64,000 nucleotides of DNA, taken from assembly GCA_030265395.1 (NCBI GenBank), contig JARFYF010000084.1, positions 80,107,628 to 80,171,627 of the forward strand. Direction: 5' to 3'. Of the stretch, positions 39,586-51,289 are shown one piece after another. Positions within the stretch are counted from its first letter, which is position 1; every line of letters starts with the position of its first letter. The notes under the pieces are model-generated. The model was not told the origin of the DNA. It made no database searches and saw nothing but the letters and a program-made list of their open reading frames with translations. A program made the position numbers and the translations under genes. The stretch is from Rhina ancylostomus. Lineage: Eukaryota.

Positions 39586-40030
39586 TTTAGGAAGTGGCTC
39601 TCTTATGCTGTTAGATTCTTTGACCATTTTGAACTCACTTTGCGTTTTGGTGCAGTGCATTCATCCTTAGTCCCTTAGCCAATATTAAGTACAAAACATT
39701 ATTGCTAAAAATGCTTTGGCCAGTGGCTTCTTGCCCTAATTTGTTGAAAGCCAAAAATAAAGATCTGTCATTTCAAGTTTTTATGATTTAAGTATTTGCA
39801 GACTTGACCAAAAATGCTGCTGTTTAAATGATCTTGAACTGAGCTTTAACCTTTGTTATCTTTCAAGAAACTTAGCATTTGATAGAGTGAATTTCCAAAA
39901 TAGGAGGCTTGAAAGAAATTTTCCTCAGGTCTGTGATTGTTGATGTAAAGAGAACCTTCATGCAATTGATCCCATTTGTAACCCAGATTAAGTTTCAATG
40001 AGTTTGTAATTGTACATTCTGGCTGCGAGA

Positions 40031-40059
40031 CATTAACTGGCTCCTATCTCTTTCTGCAG
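40031..40059 (+). promoter_or_regulatory. Candidate splice acceptor (branch point, polypyrimidine tract, CAG) for the EEPD1 exon
   Basis: cattaac-tgg-ctcctatctctttctgcag|atg. A weaker alternative is tcctttcag| ending at 40755. These cannot be distinguished without RNA data. Confidence 0.4.
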
Positions 40060-40718
40060 ATGCTAAGAAGCTGTCCAGCTCCTAAAACAACAAATAAATA
40101 CCAGCTTCCAGTTTGAGTGGAAATATAAGTGTTCATCATCTTGGGAAGAGAGACATTTCACATTTTGACTCTTCATCACTGGTTGAGGTTTGAATAAATG
40201 CATTTAGCCAGAGTCGTTGAAGTATCATGTTGAAACTCTCAGCTTTTTAACTGCATAGCTTCAATCATTTATTTGTGAGAATCTGCACTCCAAGCTGTCT
40301 GTAACCAGATCTCACCATGTGACTTGGCCTGGAGGTATTGTGATTTGTCAGCTGCAGGAACTGGGCCCTCCCACTCAATGATGTGTGCTCACGACTGTTG
40401 CTAATGCTGCACAGTGATTTGACAGCAGACCTGGCAGAGTGCCTGCATTACATCTCTGGATTCAGCAGTAACGAAACAAGGACACAGGCGGCTTATTGAA
40501 GCACAAGCCTACTGCAGTGGAGGAAGGGGAACATGAAAAAGAGACCATTAACTGTCTTGAGGAAGCCCCATGTGTCCTGTGGTTAGCTGGTGCCTGAACA
40601 AGCTGCTCGGGTAACTATAGGACAGTAGTTTCTTCCAGTCTGAAAGAGTCTCAAGTGGGTAGACAGAGACAAATGTGACTTCAATCTTGAGCTACAGTGA
40701 GAGCAGCTAACTGCAGCG

Positions 40719-40742
40719 TAGAGAGAGAGAGAGAGTGTGTGA
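40719..40742. repeat. (GA)n(GT)n microsatellite about 40 nt upstream of the EEPD1 start codon
   Basis: agagagagagagagagtgtgtga. Confidence 0.85.
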
Positions 40743-40782
40743 ATGATCCTTTCAGACCGCTGGTGCTCATGTCTGACTAATG

Positions 40783-41645
40783 ATGGGGGGGAATTTAGGA
40801 TGCCACCGTTCAATTCCCAAAGACCCTCTGGAGATTGGACAGAATCGCAAGTTCAGTGCGGCGTGCAACTTCAGCAACATCTTGGTGAACCAGGAGCGCC
40901 TAAACATCAACACGGCCACCGAGGAGGAACTGATGACCCTTCCTGGGGTCAACCGAATGGTGGCACAGAATATCGTGGAGTACCGGGAGTGCATTGGTGG
41001 GTTTAAGAAGGTGGAGGACTTGGCACTGGTGAGCGGGATTGGTGCTGCCAAACTGGAGCAGGTTAAACTGGAGATCTGTGTGGCAAGCAGTAAGAGTGTT
41101 GGTTCCGCTCAACATTCCCCCAGCTCGACGCGTAAGGATCCCTATTCCGAAACTCTCTCCTCTACCAGCAGGATCAATGTCAACCTTGCCACAGTGGCAC
41201 AGCTGATGAGCGTGCGGGGGATCAGTGACGAGGTTGCACGCAACATTGTGAGTTACCGGAAGGAGCGCGGACCCTTCGAGACCATTGACGACCTGGTGAG
41301 GGTGACCTCTGTCAGCCTATCGCTTCTGGAGCGGGTGCGGCCTCGCATTTGCGTAGAGCGCTCGCGGCCCACGTCCACCCACACCGGCAACGGTGGGATC
41401 GACTTCGCTGCCAAGCCTCGCCCCAGCCCTACCTCGCTCAGCTTGCAGAGCGAGGACCTGGATCTCCCACCAGGCGGACCGACTCAGATCATCTCGACCC
41501 GGCCAAACGTGGAGGCCTTCAGCGGGCTGAGGGATGGCGAGCGGGTCCTGAGGGTGGCCAGCTGGAACTTGCAGAGCTGCTCAACCGAAAAGGCCACTAA
41601 CCCTGGAGTGAGGGAAGTTGTGTGTATGACTCTTCTGGAGAATGG
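40783..41645 (+). CDS. EEPD1: EEPD1 (endonuclease/exonuclease/phosphatase family domain-containing protein 1), first coding exon; partial CDS continuing beyond the donor
   Basis: The ORF reads MGGNLGCHRSIPKDP...RKFSAACNFSNILVNQERLNINTATEEELMTLPGV...GGFKKVEDLALVSG...SPTSLSLQSEDLDLPPGGPTQIISTRP...LRVASWNLQ...NPGVREVVCMTLLEN, closely matching vertebrate EEPD1 as I recall it. It has two HhH (ComEA-like) domains and the first strand of the EEP domain. It ends AAT GG|GTAGGT (phase-2 donor), where the mammalian exon also ends. The TAG at 41647-41649 in the ORF track is intronic. Confidence 0.96.
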
Positions 41646-43364
41646 GTAGGTTTCATTTTCATGGTCGGTTTATATTTGTTTAAATGTTAATTTCAAAAGG
41701 CACTCAGAGGGCAGTTCTTTTATCCAATATTTCTAACCTTTTTGCTTTTGTGTTTTTTTTTGAATTCCTAAAAGCTGTCTGCTAGTCATATGCTTGTGAT
41801 TTTAATGAGCCCACTTTCCATTGGCAGCCTTCCAGTAACAGTCATTCAGTATATTCCACCACGTTTTTTTATCGATGCAATTTTAACATTAACTTGGTGC
41901 CCAAACCATTTCTACAGGAGGTGCTGCTAGAGGGGTTTTGTGTTGGACTCCTTGGGTATTTGCTTACAAGCAAATAAAAACCCTAAAAATTACTATTGCA
42001 TGTTTGCACGACACTGCTTTTGAAATGCATTAGAGAGCAGGAACTAGAACATTGCACTCTTCTTGCCTATTCTGGTCTATCATTGAAATTACTTTTTAAT
42101 AAAATAGACACAGTCTTAAAGCCTCTATTCCTCCTCACTCCTGGCTCAGTGAAAGCACTGGGGTCACTCTTTTAGAAGAATAGCTTCTTCTCTATTTCCT
42201 TTGGGGAGGGTAGGGCTGGGTGGATGTGGGGAGATTTCTCCAAGAAAATGGCTCCACATTTTTGGGAGGGAGGGGTGATTTTTTTTGTGTGTGTGGCTAC
42301 CTATTTCAAAGCTCCTTTGGGGCAAGTTTGTTTCAACTAAAAGTTCGTGCAGGTGCACGGTTTGCTCATAAATGCGAATTGTTTTTTCACTTGCCTTCCT
42401 GATATAGAGCGAAGTTTTGGACCACACTAACTGGAGGAGTCTGTACACCCCATGAGCATGCACCACCTTTCAGTTAGATCATTAGTGATATGAATCTTAG
42501 TAACATATGCCTGGCTTCTGTACCCCTTAATTTTCTCGCTTAACGAAAATCTCTCATCCTCAGCTGTGAAATCTTCACTTGAGTTATCCTCACCAACTTT
42601 TTGGAGGAGTGAGATTTCGGATTTTTTTTTGTGAAGTATTCTGATGTAACTGCCTCTAATTTTATGTTTGTGGACTTTGTTCTAATCTTACTTTTGCAAA
42701 TCTTCCTGTTGCCTTAATCACTTCTTTTACTTGACCTCTTAATCTTCTCAGGGGAACACACGTTTACTCTATGCAACCTGTCATCATAATTTGACCCTTT
42801 TAGTCTTAGTATCATGTTGGCAAATCTGCGTTGCCACCCACCATAACAATCTGCACCCCCTCTCATCTCCTTCCTGTGTTTTTTAATCTTAAATTGAACA
42901 CCACTGTAAATGGGCTACAACTTGATTTGGTCGGGAGCTTTTCTTAATATGTTGGAATTCCAAGTGAATGTTATTGGTGCTGCGGCAAGTATAGGAATCA
43001 GAATATTATTCGTTAATAGCACTAATTGGATGTAGATCTGGCCATTTAAGCTCCTTGCTTGCAGAGCTGAAGTACATTCCTGCAGTAACACTGACATTTG
43101 TTGTTTCTTCCTTCTCTGATTTTCTTTCATCTTCCTGCTCCCTTCACCACAACTGACCCTCCTTCCTCAAAATAATTGAGACCAAGAGTTAGTTTGCTAA
43201 CTGCCCCACTTAGATGGGGGTCGGAAACCCTGGTGTGAATATGGGCATGCCAGCCCTCCAGAATTGGCCAGTGTCTCTAGTTGAATATTAACTTGGATGG
43301 AACTGTGTGGGACACTCTGGAGATAAAATATCAGTGGAACTTTGGAATTATTTTTCTTCCATTT

Positions 43365-44083
43365 TGAATGTCGCAGAGCAGTGATTTTGGGCCATTCTGC
43401 CCACCATGTCCAGGCTGACCTTTTTGTCCACATACATTTATCCCATTTGTCTGCATTATGACCATTTCTTCTATGCCTTTCCTATTTAAGTGCATGTCTA
43501 AGTGCCTCTTAAACATAGTAATTGTATCTGATTCTACCACCACCTCTGGTAGTGCGTTCTAGATATCTATGTAAGCAAAAAACTTGCCTATCGGTGGCCC
43601 TTTTAAAACCTCCTTCCATTCACCTTAATCCAATGTCCTCTTGTGTTTGATATCTCTACTGTGGGGGAAAATGACTTTGACTCTCTACCTTATCTATGCC
43701 TCTATCAGGTCACCCCTTAGCCTCCTTCGCTCCAGAGAAAATAATTCCAGCCTATCCAATCTTGCCCCATAACTAAAGTCCTCCAATGCAGGTGACATTC
43801 TGGTGAATCTACTCTGCATGCACTCCACCGCTACCACATCCTTCCAGTAGTGTGGTGGCCAGAATTGCACATGGTACTCCAAGTATAACCTAACCAGTGT
43901 TACGTAAAGTTGCAATATAATGTCCTAGTTCTTATATTCTGTGCCCTGACCTATGAAGGCAACCATGCCATCTACCTTCTTCACCACCCTGTCGACTTGT
44001 GGTTGCACTTTTGGGAAACTATAAACTTGTACCCCTAGGCCTCTCTGTTCTCTTGGTTTCCTACCATTTAGTGTAAATGTCCT
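43365..44083 (-). mobile_element. CR1 LINE 3' fragment
   Basis: MQLYVTLVRLYLEYHVQFWPPHYWKD...RLELFSLERRRLRGDLIEA; MFKRHLDMHLNRKG. Confidence 0.9.
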
Positions 44084-45149
44084 NNNNNNNNNNNNNNNNN
44101 NNNNNNNNNNNNNNNNNNNNNNNNNNNNNNNNNNNNNNNNNNNNNNNNNNNNNNNNNNNNNNNNNNNNNNNNNNNNNNNNNNNCTACTCCTAAACGTATC
44201 ACCTGACACAAGTTGGGTGCTTTGGTTTATTGGATCTTAAAAATAATAGAATATGGGGGTGGGGGAGAAAAGCTGTTTGATGACAGTCAAAAATATCTAA
44301 TGGGGAACTGTAAAGTCTTTTCACTTTGCAATTGTCCCTGTATCTGTTCTACCTTGTGTCTGAGCAATCAGTGATGAGTGTAGGGAGGTAATATGTTGAA
44401 ATTACCAGTGAGAAATAGGCACAGCACAAGCAGGGGATGATTTGCAAGCATTAATTGAACTAGTCAGGTTAATGAAACACGTTGTGAAAATAATTTGATT
44501 TTGAGACTTGATGATTAAGAAATAATTACATAAAAAATGCAGCGTTACATACTCAACGGTTGGTTTCTCAAGTTATTTTGTGTGTATACATGCACCAAAG
44601 CTGCTGTACAGAGTTAAGTTAGCTCTTTGGGAGGATGAAGGTGGGAAGAGAGAGGAAGTATTGCCTTTGCATAGTTCTGCTTGTTTTTGTCACCAAGCAA
44701 ATTGCTTCTTGGCTTTTGGCTCATAAAAACAAAACCTGTTGAACTGTGAATTATGCAATAATTTTTATGGTTTGCACTATACGAACTCCTTCCCCACCCA
44801 GATCATTGAAAGCTGTACCATTGTAGTTACACAACTCCATGTCCTCCTTGCACAGGAAATGTCAATTGAGTACTCACTTTGGGATCTGAACCAAGATATT
44901 TGAGTGTGCAAAGCACAAGTAGTTGATAATGGAGCTCAAATAGACATGCCAAAGCTGGAGTGTTCCAAGTACTGGTATCCCACTGGTGTTTGCTGGTTGG
45001 TGGACCTACGAAAGATACTTCCTTTACAATACCACCATGTTATTTGCTAGTGGAGAGATGACAGGTATGCTCGAATTCCCTTTGGCAGAGAGAGTTAACT
45101 TTATGACTGAAGAAATAATCACCTCTGAAGATAAAAATCAATTATCATA

Positions 45150-45745
45150 ATGCTGACACTTTCCAAAGTTTACACACCTTGGCTCACCTTCTCAAGTGAG
45201 AATCTCCCACTTGATATCATTATCAGGAATGCACAGCCACTTTTGGGAAGTCAGGAGTTGTAACAGCAGCTGACAGGACATTGCAACTATCTAAAGCTCT
45301 GATCTATGGATGTGGATCATGGGCAGCATAAAAAGAGGGACATAAAGATTAATTGTCATGTGTTGAACATGAACTGCAATGTCAAGATGCCAAATACTGA
45401 AGTTCAAGGACATGTATGCCATAATGAGTCAATGCCACCTGAGATGGCTGGGACATGGCCACACAGTGATATTAGAATCACCAAGACAGTCTGCACTTGG
45501 AGATCTTGCCTGGCAAGAGCCCAATTCGCAGAACGCAGCTGGAATTCAAAAGAGTCGTGANNNNNNNNNNNNNNNNNNNNNNNNNNNNNNNNNNNNNNNN
45601 NNNNNNNNNNNNNNNNNNNNNNNNNNNNNNNNNNNNNNNNNNNNNNNNNNNNNNNNNNNNAGAACGCAGCTTGAATTCAAAAGAGTCGTGAAAGGATTCA
45701 GCACTAGCCTGGGAACAAACTGGTGATAAGGGAGCCAGGCGGAAT
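45150..45745 (+). mobile_element. RTE-type LINE 3' fragment
   Basis: MYAIMSQCHLRWLGHGHTVILESPRQSALGDLA resembles the RTE motif LRWLGHV.RM...R.PK..LYGEL. Confidence 0.6.
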
Positions 45746-45872
45746 GGCCAATCGACACTGAGCCATGGGTATGTGTGCCCACAGAGGTGGCAAGTGAAGA
45801 AATGACCCTCTCAAGTAGAATGAGAAAATGCTATTTGCACTAACTATAAAAAGAACTGTTTATTGCATTGCA

Positions 45873-45971
45873 AAACAAAACAATCTGCTGGAGGAACTCA
45901 GTGGGTCAAGCAGCATCTAAGAAGGGAAAGGAATTGTTGACATTTCAGGTTGAAACCCTGCATCAGGACTG
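45873..45971 (-). mobile_element. Short Penelope-derived repeat with variant hammerhead core
   Basis: The minus strand reads cagtcCTGATGCAGGGTTTCAACCTGAAATGTCAAC...agatgctgcttgacccactgagttcctccagcag. Confidence 0.72.
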
Positions 45972-46317
45972 TAAAGGTTAGTGGACAGGCACGAATTCAT
46001 CAATTATTAAGGCTAATGGGATTTTGCCACTATTTCAAAGTGTCAACAGGAGGAAGTTGCACTTCAATTAGACAGAATCTTTGTCTGATCCATCTTAGGA
46101 TAAGATCAGATATCTTTATTTGTCACAGGTACACTGAATCACACAGTGAAATACACCTAGGAGTACAATGTGCATTTTGGGGTAACAGATCAGCATTAGT
46201 TTTCCAGCTTGTGCTGTGCAGATTCACCAAAATTATACTGGGGTTAAGCTGTGATGGAAGTGATGTGGATTGCTTTGGGCAGTGCACTGCAATACACCTT
46301 ATAATTTGCTGCACCTT

Positions 46318-47803
46318 TGGCAATGATCTTTGAGTCTTCACTGCCCACAGTAGTGCCAGATGATTGGAGAGTGGCAAATGTTGTTCCTTTGTTCAAGAAA
46401 GGGAGTAGGGATAATGCTGGGAACTACATGCCAGTGAGTCTTACTTCAAATATGGGCAAATTACTGGAGAAGATTCTTGGAGACAGGATTTATGGGCATT
46501 TGGAGGAGCATAGGCTGATTAGGGACAGTCAGCATGGCTTTGTGAGGGGCAGGTCGTGCTTCACGAGCCTAATTGAATTATTTGAGGATGTGTCAAAGCA
46601 CATTGATGAAAGTAAAGCAGTGGATGTAGTGTACATGGATTTTAGTAAGGCGTTTGATAAGGTTCCTCATGGAAGACTCATTCAGAAAGGCAGGTGGCAT
46701 TGTATCCAGGGAAATTTGGCTGTGTGGATTCAGAATTGGCTCACCCATAGAAGACAGAGGGTGGTGGTAGATGGAGCGTATTCTGCCTGGAGNNNNNNNN
46801 NNNNNNNNNNNNNNNNNNNNNNNNNNNNNNNNNNNNNNNNNNNNNNNNNNNNNNNNNNNNNNNNNNNNNNNNNNNNNNNNNNNNNNNNNNNNNNNNNNNN
46901 NNNNNNNNNNNNNNNNNNNNNNNNNNNNNNNNNNNNNNNNNNNNNNNNNNNNNNNNNNNNNNNNNNNNNNNNNNNNNNNNNNNNNNNNNNNNNNNNNNNN
47001 NNNNNNNNNNNNNNNNNNNNNNNNNNNNNNNNNNNNNNNNNNNNNNNNNNNNNNNNNNNNNNNNNNNNNNNNNNNNNNNNNNNNNNNNNNNNNNNNNNNN
47101 NNNNNNNNNNNNNNNNNNNNNNNNNNNNNNNNNNNNNNNNNNNNNNNNNNNNNNNNNNNNNNNNNNNNNNNNNNNNNNNNNNNNNNNNNNNNNNNNNNNN
47201 NNNNNNNNNNNNNNNNNNNNNNNNNNNNNNNNNNNNNNNNNNNNNNNNNNNNNNNNNNNNNNNNNNNNNNNNNNNNNNNNNNNNNNNNNNNNNNNNNNNN
47301 NNNNNNNNNNNNNNNNNNNNNNNNNNNNNNNNNNNNNNNNNNNNNNNNNNNNNNNNNNNNNNNNNNNNNNNNNNNNNNNNNNNNNNNNNNNNNNNNNNNN
47401 NNNNNNNNNNNNNNNNNNNNNNNNNNNNNNNNNNNNNNNNNNNNNNNNNNNNNNNNNNNNNNNNNNNNNNNNNNNNNNNNNNNNNNNNNNNNNNNNNNNN
47501 NNNNNNNNNNNNNNNNNNNNNNNNNNNNNNNNNNNNNNNNNNNNNNNNNNNNNNNNNNNNNNNNNNNNNNNNNNNNNNNNNNNNNNNNNNNNNNNNNNNN
47601 NNNNNNNNNNNNNNNNNNNNNNNNNNNNNNNNNNNNNNNNNNNNNNNNNNNNNNNNNNNNNNNNNNNNNNNNNNNNNNNNNNNNNNNNNNNNNNNNNNNN
47701 NNNNNNNNNNNNNNNNNGAAGGGTTAGATAGATCTTAGAGCAGGATAAAATGTTGGCACAACATCATGGGCTGAAGGGCCTGTACTGTGCTGTAATATTC
47801 TAA
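46318..47803 (+). mobile_element. CR1 LINE, 5'-truncated; RT region and 3' tail separated by an assembly gap
   Basis: VPDDWRVANVVPLFKKGSR...PVSLTS...SQHGFVRGRSC...AVDVVYMDFSKAFDKVPHGRL...WIQNWL..RRQRVVVDG. After the gap comes the CR1 tail gggctgaagggcctgtactgtgctgtaatattcta. Confidence 0.93.
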
Positions 47804-48184
47804 TTACACAAGGTAAAGCAAGGGTAGGCCAGTCCTCCCTTTGTTTTTGGTCTGTCATTCAGTCTGATCATAGCTGATCTATTAATTTGGCATGACTTTC
47901 TGCCAGTTTGTGAACTGGGAACCCAGTAACCTCCCAAAATAAATACTGATGCCTGTACTCTGCAGGCTCTGTTTCAGAGTTCACATACCTTGGCTCAAAC
48001 CATCAGCAAAGATCTCAGCTTTTACCCAGAAATCAGCACCAGCAGTGGGAAGGCATAACCAACTTTGAAAAGTTATGCAAAAGAAACTAGAGCAGCATCT
48101 AACATGAAAGTACAGCTGTTGTAAAGCTTGTGTGTTTTCAACTCCACTATATGGAAGTGAATTATGGAAGACATCCAAATGGAG

Positions 48185-48680
48185 GGGTGATTGACATAGT
48201 TGGATAGGTACATGGATAAGAAAGGTTTAAAAGATTATGGGCCAATCGTTGACAAATGGGACTAGCTTAGATGGGACTCTTGGTCAGCATGGACCAGTTG
48301 GGCCAAAGGGCCTGTTTCTGTGGCGTATGACTTTATGACAATCTATGAGTTGTTTGAAATGGTAGAAGAATTTGATCTGGATGGGAAACTCTTTTCCATG
48401 GTCTGGGAATCCAGAATGAGAGAACATACATCAGAGATAAGCCATTAGGAAGCACTTTATCTACACAAGAACTAATAGAAATGGGGAATATTCAAACCCA
48501 AAAATCCTATTAGGCACCATCAACTGGAACTCTAGTGAATGAGGGCATTGGCCTTTTGTTAAGTAAAGCTTTGGGGGGACATGGGGTAAAAGAACAAGCG
48601 AATTTAGTGTTCAGTATTAACTCACCTAATTCTCTGACTGAATAGGTTGAAGACCCTGAATGGCCTTCTCCTGTTTCTGT
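48185..48680 (+). mobile_element. Two adjacent CR1 3' fragments
   Basis: ttggataggtacatggat...gggccaaagggcctgtttctgtggcgtatgact (matches the tail at 31953), followed by an older decayed CR1 end finishing tgaatggccttctcctgtt. Confidence 0.65.
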
Positions 48681-49762
48681 TGATCACCTAAGATTTTGAA
48701 ATGGGGAAAATGTCTCCACCACCTCTGCCTCCACCTAGTTTTGAACTGCTATTACACAATAGTTTAACTAGAAGTCTAGAGTTCAGTGACAAAGGCAATT
48801 TTACTTTTGGCAACAAAGGTTCTCATTGTTGCAGTGAAATGGGGTTGCCAGAAAATGTTGTTTTTCTCTGGCTGTTTTGCAGTGTTCCCACTAAATCTGC
48901 TTAAAGTGAAAGAGTTGCTAAGGAATCTTTGGCAACAAGGAGACACCAGCAGATACATCGTGTGCCTAAATGTTGGATTGCTGCTTGGTCAACGCAAGTA
49001 TTGATGTGTACTGAAATCTGAAGCTTGTTAGTTTAATAAAGTACAGCAAATCAGTCCTAACTCCTACACTGGGTTGTTGACATCCACTTCCGAGGATTTA
49101 CTGGAAGCTCATTACAGAAATTTAGAAACTGGGTCCTTCATCTATCCTGAATGTCATTTTCTTCTGTTTATGAAATATATTGTGTAAAGTAGCTTCTATT
49201 TTTCCTTATGGGGGGTGGGTGGGGGAGGGTGGTAAGGAGCTGTGTTTCCAAAGTGTTCTATCACTGTAAAGTAATTTGTTATACTAGCAAGTTAAAAAAT
49301 CATGTCAAATAAATGCAGACTTGCTCTTTTTAACTCATTCATCTGAAAAACTGAACTTCTCAGAGAATGCTGTCCCTCTTTTATCAAGTAGAAATAAATA
49401 GCTATTCACTCAAATTTTTCAGATCATTTTGTCATTTAAACTAACTTCAGAAAGTAACCTGAGTAGAAGGACTGAACTTAAGTTTGTTGCTGAATGTCAA
49501 AGTCTTGAGTTTTGTGTCCATCTCCTTCAGTAGTCGCCATGTATCAACGTAGATTCACATTACCATTGGAGCTTGACGCAGCTGGCTTACAAAGTGAAGA
49601 GGTACAGATACCAGTTGACCATCTCATTCATGCCCATGTTCCCAAAATGTGCAAGGTGGATAGAGTGGGTGTGAAAATTCACTGGGTAGGTACCGAAAGG
49701 CCAGTGTACAGCTGATTGTGTCATTTGTGCTCCTGAATTGAAAATTTACTGCCAAACTACTT

Positions 49763-50402
49763 GTTTATTTCAAAAATAAACTTTATTCATAACAAAATAT
49801 ATATACAAAAAGAAAAAACAGTGCAAAAACTTTTTACATTCTTAGTGTCATTTAGTCAATACATTCAGTAGTGTTAACATTTATTTTGAAAACATAGCCC
49901 CTTTGCCACTCATGTGTCCCCGTGGGGTGATGCACCCTTTTCAGCGAGGGCTTCCCCACCCGACTCAGCCCCTCCACATGCAGTTGCAGAAGGAGCCTTA
50001 GACTGTGGTCCTTCCCCACAGAGCCTTTGCGTTGGGTGCGCTGAGCTTCAGTGTATCCCCCAGCACATCGGCCTGCAGCCTGGACTGTGCCAGTCAGCAG
50101 CATTCCCTTATGGATATCTCACTGCGCTGGAAGACCAACAGGTTTCAGGCGGACCAAAGGGCGTCTTTTACTGAGCTGATGATATTCCATCAGCACTTGA
50201 TGTCCGTCCTGGTGTGCGACCCTGGGAACAGCCTGTAGATCAGAGCAGCTGCTGGGGATGAACCGAGACAAGGACCCTTGCATCCTTCTCCACACCCTCT
50301 TAGCAGATCCACGGTCAGCAAAGAGGTGGGTGACTCTCTCCTCCCCAGCACAGCAGTCCAGAGGGCAGTGTGCATTGAGGATGATATTTTGACTGTACAG
50401 TC
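49763..50402 (-). mobile_element. Tx1/L1-clade LINE 3' end with target-site duplication
   Basis: Minus-strand peptides LSRFIPSS and LIYRLFPGSHTRTDIKC..., AATAAA plus A-rich tail, and flanking direct repeats actgccaaact(a/c)ctt at 49748-49762 and 50403-50417. Confidence 0.78.
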
Positions 50403-50664
50403 ACTGCCAAACTCCTTTTAAAGCCTCTCCACTACCATCCCACTAATCAGACCAGCAGTTGCTGGGTTTGATTCTTATCTATCCATTGGTAGCCAGTGAG
50501 TCACCAGCTTCCCTTTCGTGCCTGCAGTTGAACTCCAGTGTTTGGCAAACATTAATTCTTGGGCAACTCTTATTTCTAATCCATATCCTCCAAAGGCATG
50601 GAATCTTTTCCATATCCCCGCTGCTAACACCTGCCCACCACCTCTCTTGACCCCTTTACTGTCC

Positions 50665-51120
50665 CTGTGGTACAGCAGTGGTGTTGCTGCCTCATAGCTC
50701 TGGTGATTTGATCCTAACCTCCAGTGCTGTCTGTGTGAGTTTGCACATTTGCCCCACGACCAACATAATTTTGGCCAGTGCTGCAGTTTCCTCCCACACT
50801 CCAAAGATGCGCTGATAGGTTGGNNNNNNNNNNNNNNNNNNNNNNNNNNNNNNNNNNNNNNNNNNNNNNNNNNNNNNNNNNNNNNNNNNNNNNNNNNNNN
50901 NNNNNNNNNNNNNNNNNNNNNNNAGTGCTGCAGTTTCCTCCCACACTCCAAAGATGCGCTGATAGGTTGGTTGTCGGTAAGTGACAAAAAAATCGAAAGG
51001 GTGTCAATGAGCATGGTTGGGGGCTACAGGGAAGCAAGGAGGAAAGACATTAATGGGGTTGCTCTACAGGGGACTATTATGGACCCAAAGGGGCAAATGG
51101 CCTCCTATCTCACAGTAAGT
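50665..51120 (+). mobile_element. V-SINE/HE1-type SINE (spans an N gap)
   Basis: gtgttgctgcctcatagctc...tgctgtctgtgtgagtttgcacatt...gtttcctcccacactccaaagatgcgc...gggcaaatggcctcct. Confidence 0.75.
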
Positions 51121-51289
51121 AAGTGAGGTTGCCGTCTGATATCCACTGTAGGGTGAGAAGAAATGTCCTTCAATAGAATATTAGGAATGCTAAAGCTGTT
51201 GTCCTCAGTCCAAGTCACAAATTCCATTCTCTCAACACACTCACTGTAATTGTTGGAAAATGAACCAGACTATTTGAATTTTGGTTTCA

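Noticed and set aside
1-40000. Exons of a neighbouring gene such as SEPTIN7, upstream of EEPD1 in mammals
   Set aside because: No septin-like or other recognisable host peptide was seen in any frame.
40780-41649. Single-exon 289-aa gene, retrocopy or bacterial ComEA-like horizontal transfer
   Set aside because: The stop lies just inside the intron after a canonical GT donor at the conserved EEPD1 exon boundary. The HhH domains are the normal EEPD1 N-terminus.
46317-47738. 473-aa and 318-aa ORFs
   Set aside because: Their length comes from translating N runs. The real part is a CR1 reverse-transcriptase fragment.
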